Part shown: one piece after another, positions 17,506 through 26,387 of the stretch | Layout: every line of letters begins with the position of its first letter | Position numbering within the stretch: the first letter of the stretch is position 1 | From: Gammaproteobacteria bacterium | Lineage (GTDB): Bacteria > Pseudomonadota > Gammaproteobacteria > Steroidobacterales > Foliamicaceae | DNA: 64,000 bases | Direction: 5' to 3' | Assembly: GCA_011523505.1 (NCBI GenBank) | Contig: WTGP01000012.1 | Coordinates: forward strand, 83,038-147,037 | Translations under genes and position numbers: made by a program | The notes under the pieces: model-generated | What the model saw: the letters and a program-made list of their open reading frames with translations, nothing else | The model's database searches: none | Told to the model about the DNA's origin: nothing

Positions 17506-18663
17506 TCAGCCAGAATCGCTCCCATCACCTACCGAAATGCCGCCCTGGGACCTCAATTGCTGATTTAGACGCGCAAGCGGTTCCGAGAACGCGTCCTCCA
17601 GTTTGACGAAGTACTCGCACAGCCACTCGATCATCTTGGGCCAGTTCTCGTCATTAAACCCATCAAACGGGTGCGCATAGCAGATTCGGCTCGCCTTCTT
17701 GTCGTCAAGCCTATGCCACTGGAATTCAGCACCAAAACGCTCTTCGATATCCTGCTTTTGCTGTTCGAGCTGATCGAAGATCCATTTGTTCTCATTTTGA
17801 GAACGCGTGAGGGAGAGTTCCACGCGCGCCTCGTTGTTGGTAAAAATCAGGTTGTAGGCGCAGCCCGATACACCAGTCGCGCTGGCCAGCCAGTGGAATT
17901 GGGACGGACTGATGTTCTCGTATCGCGAGATTCCGCGCCTTCGGAATTCCTCTTTCGTCCTCATCCAAAATGCCCGCCGCATCTCGTAACGGCGTTGTTG
18001 GGTGCCCTGCACCGACTTTTCCTCGGATTCCTTGGCCGCCATCCCGATCATGTAATCTTCCGCTTCGGGCATCGGGATGATCTGTTGCAGATCGATCAGA
18101 ACATCGTCGCCGAAACTATAGGGCACGACCCGGAAGCATTGCGCTCGAACTCCGTGTCCGATTAACCACAGTATCGTTGCCGTTACTTCCTTGCGGAAAT
18201 TCGCCGCGACCAGTATCAAACGCTGGTCATTACCCGCGTTCAGCACCATGTCGTCGAGATCTTCGACTTCTAGGAATTCGCACAGGTTCGTAACGGCGCT
18301 CTCACCGGTAGTCCACCGATCAAGGTACTTCTGATAGATTTCGACGATCTCCGACTTCTTAAGGCTGGAGCAATAGGCCACGTATTTAAGTGCTTGCCAC
18401 ACTACATCGCGGCCAGAATCGTCACGCTTGTTTTCGATGACCACCAGCCGACGTTCCTTGTCGAGCGCCAGCAGATCGAGGCGCTCGTTGGTGTCCGCGA
18501 ACCCGTCGAATTCCTTCTGGATGACCAGAAGTTCCTCGCCGAGCGCCTCCGGTGTGCGCGCCAGCCACTCCTGAAGGTGGCGCCGCTCGTGTAGATTCAG
18601 ATCGCTAAAGCGCTGTTTCTCAAGCGGGACGAGGCGATTTTCCGACAGGTTCACCTTGAACAT
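17506..18663 (-). CDS. PD-(D/E)xK nuclease-like N-domain with DUF4268-like C-domain
   Basis: 385-aa ORF. RLDLLALDKERRLVVIENKRDD gives a D...E-x-K motif. The C-terminal half resembles DUF4268 from memory. Confidence 0.6.
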   Translation of the reverse strand: MFKVNLSENRLVPLEKQRFSDLNLHERRHLQEWLARTPEALGEELLVIQKEFDGFADTNERLDLLALDKERRLVVIENKRDDSGRDVVWQALKYVAYCSSLKKSEIVEIYQKYLDRWTTGESAVTNLCEFLEVEDLDDMVLNAGNDQRLILVAANFRKEVTATILWLIGHGVRAQCFRVVPYSFGDDVLIDLQQIIPMPEAEDYMIGMAAKESEEKSVQGTQQRRYEMRRAFWMRTKEEFRRRGISRYENISPSQFHWLASATGVSGCAYNLIFTNNEARVELSLTRSQNENKWIFDQLEQQKQDIEERFGAEFQWHRLDDKKASRICYAHPFDGFNDENWPKMIEWLCEYFVKLEDAFSEPLARLNQQLRSQGGISVGDGSDSG

Positions 18664-18982
18664 AGGGACTCACAGATTGAAGTTGACGGGCGCCAGATTA
18701 TGCCTCTTGGCTGACCTTTCTCAATTGTGGACTTAACGGCAGGACAGGTATCCTAGTCAGTCGCCAAGACATGCACCTAACCTAGACCAGTAAAATCGCC
18801 GGGCAGTTGATCCTTAGGGAACGATCCCGGCAATAGAAATCCGACTAGTCGGTGCCGGGACTTTACGGCGCTACAAAAAACACCAATAACAAATCGAAAA
18901 TGGCGTCGAGACGCATGCAGTCCTACCTAAACAAGCCTCTTCCCGGCTTGGAATCCTTATATAGGTATGAGGGGCAGACACG

Positions 18983-21814
18983 ATGACCCCGAACGAGTTC
19001 ATTGCCAAGTGGCAAGCCTCCGAGTTGAAGGAGCGTTCGGCGGCCCAGGAGCACTTCATTGATCTTTGCCGATTGCTCGGAGAGCCCACACCCGCAGACG
19101 ACGACCCGACCGGCGATCGCTACTGCTTTGAACGGGGAGCACGTAAGGACACCGGCGGCGACGGCTGGGCGGATGTCTGGAAGCGGGGGCACTTCGCTTG
19201 GGAGTACAAGGGCAAGCACGCCAATCTCGATAAGGCATTCCAGCAGTTGCGGCGGTACGCCTTGGCGCTGGAGAACCCGCCGCTACTGATCGTTTCGGAC
19301 ATGGCCCGGTTCCGGATCACCACGAATTGGACCAACAGCATTAGCGTGGTGCGCGAATTCTCACTGGCCGAACTCGAGGACGGCGCGAACCGCAACCTGC
19401 TCAAATGGGCAATGTCGGATCCGGAGCGCTTGCGGCCGGGAGAAACGCGGCAGATGGTGACGGAGCGGGCGGCCGCAACGTTTTCCGAACTGGCGCAGTC
19501 CCTGCGGGACCGGGGACATGAACCACAGGCCGTAGCGCACTTCGTGAACCGCCTGGTGTTCTGCATGTTCGCTGAAGATATCGGTCTGCTGCCGGATGAC
19601 ATGTTCACTCGGATGCTCGAACAGGCACGTACGCAGCCAGATGAATTCGTGGTGCTTGCCCAGGATCTGTTCGGAGCCATGTCTACGGGCGGTCGTATCG
19701 GATTCGAACCGGTCGCATGGTTCAATGGCGGACTGTTTGACGATGACAGCGCGCTGCCGCTGGGCGCGGCGGAGATTCAGACGGCGCTCAAGGCTGCAGC
19801 GCTCGACTGGTCTGAAATTGATCCTTCCATCCTGGGCACGCTATTCGAACGCGGACTCGATCCGGACAAGCGGTCGCAACTGGGTGCGCACTACACCGAC
19901 CGCGACAAGATCATGCGAATCGTGGATCCTGTGATCGTCCGTCCCCTACTCGCCGAATGGGAGCACACCAAGGCCGACATTGAGGCAGCGATGGTGCGGG
20001 CGGCAAAGGCTGGATCGCCATCGGCGCGGACGAAGGTGCACAACAAAGCGAAGGGGATACTCCGTGCGTTTCTTGAGCGGCTTCGGACATTCACTGTGCT
20101 GGATCCTGCTTGCGGATCGGGGAACTTCCTCTACCTGGCGTTGCAGGCGCTCAAGGATATCGAACACCGGGTTCATATAGAGGCCGAGGCGATGGGTCTT
20201 GAGCGCGGCTTCCCTGCTGTCGGTCCGATCAACGTAAAGGGCATCGAGATCAATCCCTACGCCGCCGAACTCGCACGGGTGTCCGTATGGATTGGCGAGA
20301 TCCAATGGATGCGGCGCAATGGCTTCAGCGAGGAGCGCGATCCGATACTTAAGCCGCTGGACAATATTGAATGCCGGGATGCAATCCTCGCGCCGGATGG
20401 GAGTGAGTCGGAGTGGCCACACGCTGATGTCGTAATAGGGAATCCACCGTTTCTGGGTAACAGGAAGGCGCGTAAAGAATTGGGCAACAGCTATGTCGAC
20501 ATGTTATCGGCTGCCTACCGTGGCCTGATCAAAGGAAAACCCGACTTGGTTTGCTACTGGTTTGCAAAAGCAGGACGCTTAATTGAGAACGGAGCAATTT
20601 TGCGCACGGGTCTAGTCGCTACAAACTCAATTCGTGGTGGTACTAACCGATTAGTTCTGAAGCGAATTCTCGAACATTCCGTAATCTACGATGCGTGGCC
20701 CGATGAACCTTGGGTAGTGGAAGGTGCCGCGGTCCGAGTGTCCTTAGTATGTTTTACCCTAAAGAACGCAGCCGTTCCGATTCGCTACGAAGACGCAGAA
20801 ACATCGCAGATCAATGCGAATCTTTCAGCCGGGCCACTTGATTTAACCCTTGCTGAACGAATAAGAGAAAACCGAGGCGTGGCATTCCAGGGTGTTGTAA
20901 AGCGAGGGAAGTTTGATGTCTCTGGCGATATGGCGAGAGATTGGCTTTGTTTGCCAGCCAACCCGAACGGTCGCACTAATGCCGAAGTCTTACGTCCCCG
21001 GACTAACGCCATGGACATTACACGCCGACCATCAGGCAAGTGGATCGTAGATTTTGGTGAGAATATGTGCGAAGAAGAGGCGGCCCTATTCGAGGCGCCT
21101 TTTGAGTACGTGGAACAACATGTCAAAACTGAACGCCAACAGAACAGTGAACCGGAAAGTCGGGAGTTCTGGTTCAGACATTGGAATACGCGCCCCGCAA
21201 TGCGGAAGGCACTCAAAGGGAAAGCGCGCTTTATCGCCACTCCGTGTGTCGCCAAGCACCGGTTGTTTGTCTGGCTGAAAGCGGGGGTTTGCCCGGATCA
21301 TGCGCTAATCGTCTTCGCTCGAGACGACGACACAATCTTCGGGATACTGCACAGCCGCTTTCACGAGACCTGGTCACTACGGCAAGGCACCGACTTGGTA
21401 GACAGACCGCGTTACACACCCACTACTACATTCGGGACGTTCCCCTTCCCGAAAGGTCTCTCTCCGGACATTCCAGCCGAGAACTTTGCGAACGATACAC
21501 GAGCGATCGTCATAGCCGAGGCGGCCGGGCGCTTGGTTCAATTGCGCGACCGCTGGCTCAATCCGCCTGAATGGGTGGAATGGGTGAATGAGCCAGTGCC
21601 AGGCTTTCCCAAGCGGCCCGTTGCGCGGGACGCAACGGCCGCCAAGGAACTCAAGGCCCGTACGCTCACCAAACTCTACAACGCTCGACCGCAATGGCTG
21701 GCCGATGCCCATGCCAGGCTCGATACCGCTGTGGCGAACGCGTATGGGTGGGATGCTGATATTTCGGAGGAAGACGCGTTGGCGGAGCTACTAGCGCTCA
21801 ATTTGTCCCAATAG
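18983..21814 (+). CDS. MmeI-family type IIL/IIG restriction-modification enzyme (fused nuclease + N6-adenine methyltransferase + specificity domain)
   Basis: 943-aa ORF with an MmeI-like N-terminus (FIAKWQASELKERSAAQEHFIDLCRLLG). It carries a nuclease D...EYK motif (GWADVWKRGHFAWEYKGK), a SAM motif (LDPACGSGNFL) and catalytic VIGNPPF. Confidence 0.85.
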   Translation: MTPNEFIAKWQASELKERSAAQEHFIDLCRLLGEPTPADDDPTGDRYCFERGARKDTGGDGWADVWKRGHFAWEYKGKHANLDKAFQQLRRYALALENPPLLIVSDMARFRITTNWTNSISVVREFSLAELEDGANRNLLKWAMSDPERLRPGETRQMVTERAAATFSELAQSLRDRGHEPQAVAHFVNRLVFCMFAEDIGLLPDDMFTRMLEQARTQPDEFVVLAQDLFGAMSTGGRIGFEPVAWFNGGLFDDDSALPLGAAEIQTALKAAALDWSEIDPSILGTLFERGLDPDKRSQLGAHYTDRDKIMRIVDPVIVRPLLAEWEHTKADIEAAMVRAAKAGSPSARTKVHNKAKGILRAFLERLRTFTVLDPACGSGNFLYLALQALKDIEHRVHIEAEAMGLERGFPAVGPINVKGIEINPYAAELARVSVWIGEIQWMRRNGFSEERDPILKPLDNIECRDAILAPDGSESEWPHADVVIGNPPFLGNRKARKELGNSYVDMLSAAYRGLIKGKPDLVCYWFAKAGRLIENGAILRTGLVATNSIRGGTNRLVLKRILEHSVIYDAWPDEPWVVEGAAVRVSLVCFTLKNAAVPIRYEDAETSQINANLSAGPLDLTLAERIRENRGVAFQGVVKRGKFDVSGDMARDWLCLPANPNGRTNAEVLRPRTNAMDITRRPSGKWIVDFGENMCEEEAALFEAPFEYVEQHVKTERQQNSEPESREFWFRHWNTRPAMRKALKGKARFIATPCVAKHRLFVWLKAGVCPDHALIVFARDDDTIFGILHSRFHETWSLRQGTDLVDRPRYTPTTTFGTFPFPKGLSPDIPAENFANDTRAIVIAEAAGRLVQLRDRWLNPPEWVEWVNEPVPGFPKRPVARDATAAKELKARTLTKLYNARPQWLADAHARLDTAVANAYGWDADISEEDALAELLALNLSQ

Positions 21815-22020
21815 CCAGTACCTCTGATCATCTTGGGAAGCACCTGGGTCCTAGAGACAATAGAGGTGCCGGCTTGGCCCGCAGGGTCGCGTAATCTTCT
21901 AATTTGTGAATGAAGCGAAAGAGGACGGCGGGTCCTCAGGCCCTGGAGATATTCTTGTTCCGCGTGTTTCGTACCTCGGACTCCTTGGGCAGCGTTCTTG
22001 GCGGTGCGGCCTAGGATTAT

Positions 22021-23016
22021 CTACTTGGGGAAAAGAGGGGTTGAATAGCCAATGAACGAGAACGGATCTCGTTCAATTGTGCAGTCGGCTTCATTCATTT
22101 GGCATTCTGCCAAGCTAATACCCTCTGCCCGAAGGCAACTCAAGTAGTACACGTTCGCGGCGCGGTGTTTGTTTCTTCGCTGGCGGGGATCAAGGCCTCG
22201 GATGAAGCCTCCGGCCTGCACCGGCGTGAGTCCTGTGGCGCTTACCGAGGCGGAGATATAGCAAAACTCCGCTTTGGCCTGATCCATGCCGTCGCATCCG
22301 TCTGGACAAACTAATCGAAATCCGTCCCTGTATTGAATGTCAATACGGGCGGCTTCCAGATCCCTTTCAACCATCGCAATGAGTTGGGTTGCAAGAGGAG
22401 CCAACTCCTCCAACTCTGTGTTATCTGCAAGTTTCTGAATCTTGGCAAGCAGAGGCTCTACGCGCCGAATGTAGTCGCTGCTGTTTTCTTGTTCGAATCG
22501 TTCAGCCTGTCCGGTTAGGTTACGGAGCATGAGGAATTCGAGCAGAGACGATATTCGCGGCTCCCATTCGTCGAGAAAATCAATTGTAAATTCCTCCGGA
22601 ATCCTTTCGCCTAAGCCATAAACAGCGACTCGAGCGGCTGTGCCTATTGCAGCAATTTCGCCCCAGATCAGGAGATCAGCCCGGTGCGTTTCGAGGAGGG
22701 ACCAAGCTGCTTCCAGTTCAATTGCGGGTCTTTCCTCGGTACTTTCGATGATGTCCTCCTCGATCAAGGGGGAATCGATTTTCAGGCAAGCCCATCCCTG
22801 CGTTCCAAGGCCATTGAAAAGATCGCCGGTATATCGTGAATCTGAATCACCGCGGAGTTGAGGGATCAGTATGGTGAACTTATCGACTGATGCCTTGCCG
22901 GAGTCCGTGTTTATAACAATAGGAGTCCTTAGGTCACGGCAGGTTTCAATGCCGAAAAACGCCAGCAACCCCAAGGCCAGTAAGCCAAGGCCAATCCACG
23001 TTGGTGCTTTTCTCAA
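22021..23016 (-). CDS. membrane-anchored hypothetical protein
   Basis: 331-aa ORF with an N-terminal TM (WIGLGLLALGLLAFFGI) and a cysteine-rich C-terminus. No family recognised. Confidence 0.5.
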   Translation of the reverse strand: MRKAPTWIGLGLLALGLLAFFGIETCRDLRTPIVINTDSGKASVDKFTILIPQLRGDSDSRYTGDLFNGLGTQGWACLKIDSPLIEEDIIESTEERPAIELEAAWSLLETHRADLLIWGEIAAIGTAARVAVYGLGERIPEEFTIDFLDEWEPRISSLLEFLMLRNLTGQAERFEQENSSDYIRRVEPLLAKIQKLADNTELEELAPLATQLIAMVERDLEAARIDIQYRDGFRLVCPDGCDGMDQAKAEFCYISASVSATGLTPVQAGGFIRGLDPRQRRNKHRAANVYYLSCLRAEGISLAECQMNEADCTIERDPFSFIGYSTPLFPK

Positions 23017-23076
23017 TCGTTTCTCCCTAACGGCACATTTTGTGGCCGTGATAATTCCGTTGTGCTTCCTAGTGTG

Positions 23077-23523
23077 CTACCAACATCGCGCTTTGCAATG
23101 CGCTGTGCACTGGCGAGCCAACCCAATACCACGCACGATCTGAATCACGTGTACGAGCCAGTTATTCAGCACACGATTCCAAGGATGCTCGGACATCCAG
23201 CCTTTCGATGGTAATGATAATTTCCGTAATTTTGAACGAGTGAACTCGTTGATCTTCCTGAATGCCGCACTGTCCCTGATCCGATCCTCGCGCGGCTGAA
23301 GCAGCGTGTGTTCGATAGCGTATTCTCGCTCACCGACCTTGAGGCGCAGGTTCACGGGCGGACCGTTGCCGTCCCTCTCCGGATGCCGAATGCCTGAGCG
23401 CGTGCCGTTCGTGCAGATTTCGATGTGCCTGACTACAGTGTCGCAGGCCTTGCCTTCGCTATTTTTTTTGATGAGCATGGGCGCGACAGTGTAGGATGAA
23501 ATCGAGAGGCGGGCCATGGGCAA
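23077..23523 (-). CDS. hypothetical protein
   Basis: 148-aa ORF lying 109 nt downstream of the DUF6527 gene on the same strand. EREYAIEHT could be a degenerate nuclease-like motif. This is speculative. Confidence 0.4.
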   Translation of the reverse strand: MPMARLSISSYTVAPMLIKKNSEGKACDTVVRHIEICTNGTRSGIRHPERDGNGPPVNLRLKVGEREYAIEHTLLQPREDRIRDSAAFRKINEFTRSKLRKLSLPSKGWMSEHPWNRVLNNWLVHVIQIVRGIGLARQCTAHCKARCW

Positions 23524-23632
23524 TGGTTGGCCGGTTGCCTCGTCAGGATTCCAAATCAGGTTCGGGAACTGGCCACGCTCTGCTTTTTCCGCGTAGCATT
23601 TGCGGGCCGCCGTTGGGCGCCGCCCAGTGGCG

Positions 23633-24058
23633 CTATGAGTTCCGCCTGCGTGTGAGGCCTTTCAAGAAACCTCTGAACCTTGCCCTTGCACCGGTCTGCG
23701 TCGCTTTACGTTCCTTCAGCGCTTGAGCAGCTTCCCTTTCCTGGGCCTGCCTTGTTGCCCAGCGTTGCATTGGCGAGCACCACAAAATCTGGTTGTTGCG
23801 AATCCAAAAGTGACTCCGGCACTTGAGGTTGGAGTTGCCGATCGATGGATCGAAAGTGACACTCTTGCCGTCATACATCATCCGGAACCTGATAGGGTCC
23901 AGCACGAACTCTGAGAGCTGGCCGCACCCGCAGGGGCATCTCAGCACGACCGTCCTGTGCTTCATGCTGATGTACACGACCCCCGGGACCAGGTCCTTTC
24001 CGTCCGACGGGATGTACTCGACGAATTCTGGGATTACCGATCTCAGGCGCCGCCTCAT
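23633..24058 (-). CDS. DUF6527-family protein (ubiquitin-like cassette component)
   Basis: These are the last 141 codons of track ORF 23633-24658, starting MRRRLRSVIPEF. ATG at 24058-24056 forms ATGA with the E1 stop at 24057-24055. The CPCGCG and CRSHFWIRNNQILW motifs match DUF6527 as I remember it. Confidence 0.65.
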   Translation of the reverse strand: MRRRLRSVIPEFVEYIPSDGKDLVPGVVYISMKHRTVVLRCPCGCGQLSEFVLDPIRFRMMYDGKSVTFDPSIGNSNLKCRSHFWIRNNQILWCSPMQRWATRQAQEREAAQALKERKATQTGARARFRGFLKGLTRRRNS

Positions 24059-25179
24059 GACTCCGTCTTCTTCAGCAGGTCGTTGCCTTCGATTTGGTAA
24101 CGGACGAGCCAGCCCTTCGTCTCTTCTTCGTACTGCCCTATGTGTCGCCGCCACATGCCTACTGCCAGCGCTGCGTTCAATGCGCCCACATCCGCCAGCT
24201 GCAATGCACGATATTCCTCCTCGCCGACTCCTTCGATCGTCGGAATGCCTATCCGCCATCGGCCCGGGTCTTCGCCGGAGAAGAAGACCTGACAGCTGCC
24301 CCGAACGCGTCCGTTCCGGCGTTGAATTCCCATACCGACGTCCACGAAGGGGATTTCGGCTTCTTCCAGCTTCTGGCACAAGGCGGAGCGTACGTCGGTC
24401 TTGTCCACCGCGATGAAGACGAAATTCAGCCCATCGAACGAGTCGACGGGGTCGTCCGAACGCCAGTACTGCCCGCAGACTGAAAGGCCGCGTCGCATTT
24501 GATCGTATTGGGTCCCGTAGAACTCGGCCTTGTTGTTGTCGATTGCTTCCTGGCCTGCCCAGCCCGGGGCCCGAAGAAGATTGCGTCCTTCTATGTCGTC
24601 TCCATCCCAGATCCGTATTTCCCGGACATCCGTCTTGCTCATCATGTCCAGGATCCATAGCCCTACACCGCCGAGACCCACGATCCCGATTCGTTGGCCT
24701 CTTGCGCGAGCCCGCCAGTCCTGCATGGCTTGGTCGTCCTCGCCTTCGATTTCGAACCGGAAGATGGGCTCGACCTGCTTGCGTTGTTCTTCACCGAGCG
24801 CGCCGGCGACCCGCGACACATATACGGTCAAAGCGTGCCACGCGTTGTCGTAATCTCCGTCATCACGCATGATTGAAATGACGCACTGGTCGGTCCCGTC
24901 GGTCCAGAGCATATTGCCGACCGGGTTCCCGTCTGCCTGGTATGCGTGTCCCTTGTCGACCCCGGTTAAGAGGGCAGCGTGAGCTGCTCGGTTCGCGTTC
25001 TCCAGTGCTCGCAGGGCTAGTCCGTCACCTTGTATTCCGACCGAGATTTGGCACGTTCCTACAGCGCCGCTCCTTTTTCTGTATGGCACGCCTACTATTG
25101 AGATGAGGTTGTCTTCCACTTCAACCGTCCATCCGCGCCGCCCGGCGTCCTGCCGCAACAGCTCCTCATATTCGGTCAT
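24055..25179 (-). CDS. ThiF/E1-like adenylyltransferase with ~150-aa N-terminal domain of unknown type
   Basis: 374-aa ORF. IGIVGLGGVGLWILDMMSKTDVREIRIWDGDDIEGRNLLR is the Rossmann/ATP-binding signature of the ThiF/MoeB/E1 family. Confidence 0.8.
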   Translation of the reverse strand: MTEYEELLRQDAGRRGWTVEVEDNLISIVGVPYRKRSGAVGTCQISVGIQGDGLALRALENANRAAHAALLTGVDKGHAYQADGNPVGNMLWTDGTDQCVISIMRDDGDYDNAWHALTVYVSRVAGALGEEQRKQVEPIFRFEIEGEDDQAMQDWRARARGQRIGIVGLGGVGLWILDMMSKTDVREIRIWDGDDIEGRNLLRAPGWAGQEAIDNNKAEFYGTQYDQMRRGLSVCGQYWRSDDPVDSFDGLNFVFIAVDKTDVRSALCQKLEEAEIPFVDVGMGIQRRNGRVRGSCQVFFSGEDPGRWRIGIPTIEGVGEEEYRALQLADVGALNAALAVGMWRRHIGQYEEETKGWLVRYQIEGNDLLKKTES

Positions 25180-25230
25180 TGGATTTGCGCCTGTCCCGGT
25201 CCGGGTCAGGCCGGGCCATACGGGTTGTGC

Positions 25231-25602
25231 TTAGGACAGGTGCGCCGGATCCACCTGAACGCTAAAGCCGTCTTCAACTTTCACGCTCTCTCCTTGCAGC
25301 AGGATGCCTTTTTCGCCATTTGCCCTTGTGTAGTGAATGGCTGGATTGCCTTGGATCGTCCGATCGGGACTAAGTTTGTCCCACTCTTCCTTGACTTCCT
25401 CGTACTTGATTTCGTTTCGGGGCCACTTCACGCTCCGCCCCGCGATCACGATCTCGTATCCCGCCTTGCGATCTTCCATTCTTATGGCCTCCACTCTGGT
25501 ATTGCCGGGGTTTTTCGGCGGGTACCTTATCACGGCGGGCCACTTTTCGGACGACTCAGAGACAGTACTATGGACCGCGTGGTATGCGGTTTGCGTGCCC
25601 AT
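25231..25602 (-). CDS. multiubiquitin-like beta-grasp protein
   Basis: YEIVIAGRSVKWPRNEIKYEEVKEEWDKL...AIHYTRANGEKGILLQGESVKVEDGFSVQV fits the prokaryotic multiubiquitin pattern from memory. An alternative start at M42 (25479) would give 82 aa. There is no C-terminal Gly-Gly. Confidence 0.6.
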   Translation of the reverse strand: MGTQTAYHAVHSTVSESSEKWPAVIRYPPKNPGNTRVEAIRMEDRKAGYEIVIAGRSVKWPRNEIKYEEVKEEWDKLSPDRTIQGNPAIHYTRANGEKGILLQGESVKVEDGFSVQVDPAHLS

Positions 25603-25661
25603 GAGACGCTAAACTCACTGCACAGTCTTCGATACGTTTTGATTCGAGCAAATGAACTGCG

Positions 25662-26387
25662 ATGCCCGGAAAAACCGACATTGAATGGACCGATGCGACC
25701 TGGAACCCTGTAACGGGTTGCACGAAGATCACCCGGGGCTGCGATAATTGCTACGCGGAGCGCTTCGCCGAGCGCTGGCGCGGGATCAAGGGACATCCTT
25801 ACGAACAGGGCTTTGATCTGCGCTTGTGGCCATCGCGGTTGGATCAGCCCCTGAAGTGGAAAAAGCCCCGGATGATCTTCGTCAATTCGATGAGCGATTT
25901 GTTTCACAAGAAGGTCGACCGACACTTCATTGACCAGGTCTTCGAGCGGATGGAGGAGGCCAATCAACATATCTACCAGGTCCTAACCAAGCGGAGCTCG
26001 CTCATGCGGAATTACTTGCGCAGGCGGTATGCGGAGCGTGCGGCTCCGGCGCACATTTGGTGCGGCGTGTCGGTGGAGGACTGTACTGGGCTGGCACGAA
26101 TCCGCCATCTGCAGGCGGCACCTGCAACCATTCGGTTTCTGTCGATCGAGCCATTGCTGGGGCCGCTGGAGGACCTCGACCTGGAAGGCATCTCCTGGGT
26201 CATCGTCGGCGGCGAAAGCGGTCCTAAAGCCCGCAAGATGCGTGGCGAGTGGGTGGCGAGAATCCGCGATCAATGCGAGCAAGCTGGGGTCGCATTCTTC
26301 TTCAAACAGTGGGGTGGAAGAACGCCGAAGTCGAACGGGCGCGAACTAGACGGGCTTGAATATAATTCGCTGCCGGCATTGCCGTAA
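25662..26387 (+). CDS. DUF5131 (phage Gp37/Gp68) three-Cys-motif protein
   Basis: 241-aa ORF. N-terminal IEWTDATWNPVTGCTKITRGCDNCYAE carries a C-x6-C-x2-C motif, characteristic of the family. Confidence 0.8.
   Translation: MPGKTDIEWTDATWNPVTGCTKITRGCDNCYAERFAERWRGIKGHPYEQGFDLRLWPSRLDQPLKWKKPRMIFVNSMSDLFHKKVDRHFIDQVFERMEEANQHIYQVLTKRSSLMRNYLRRRYAERAAPAHIWCGVSVEDCTGLARIRHLQAAPATIRFLSIEPLLGPLEDLDLEGISWVIVGGESGPKARKMRGEWVARIRDQCEQAGVAFFFKQWGGRTPKSNGRELDGLEYNSLPALP

Noticed and set aside
23633-24658. 341-aa ORF taken at face value
   Set aside because: Its first ~200 codons overlap the E1(ThiF) gene in another frame and are Arg-rich nonsense. Only the last 141 codons (23633-24058, DUF6527-like, ATGA-coupled to E1) look real.
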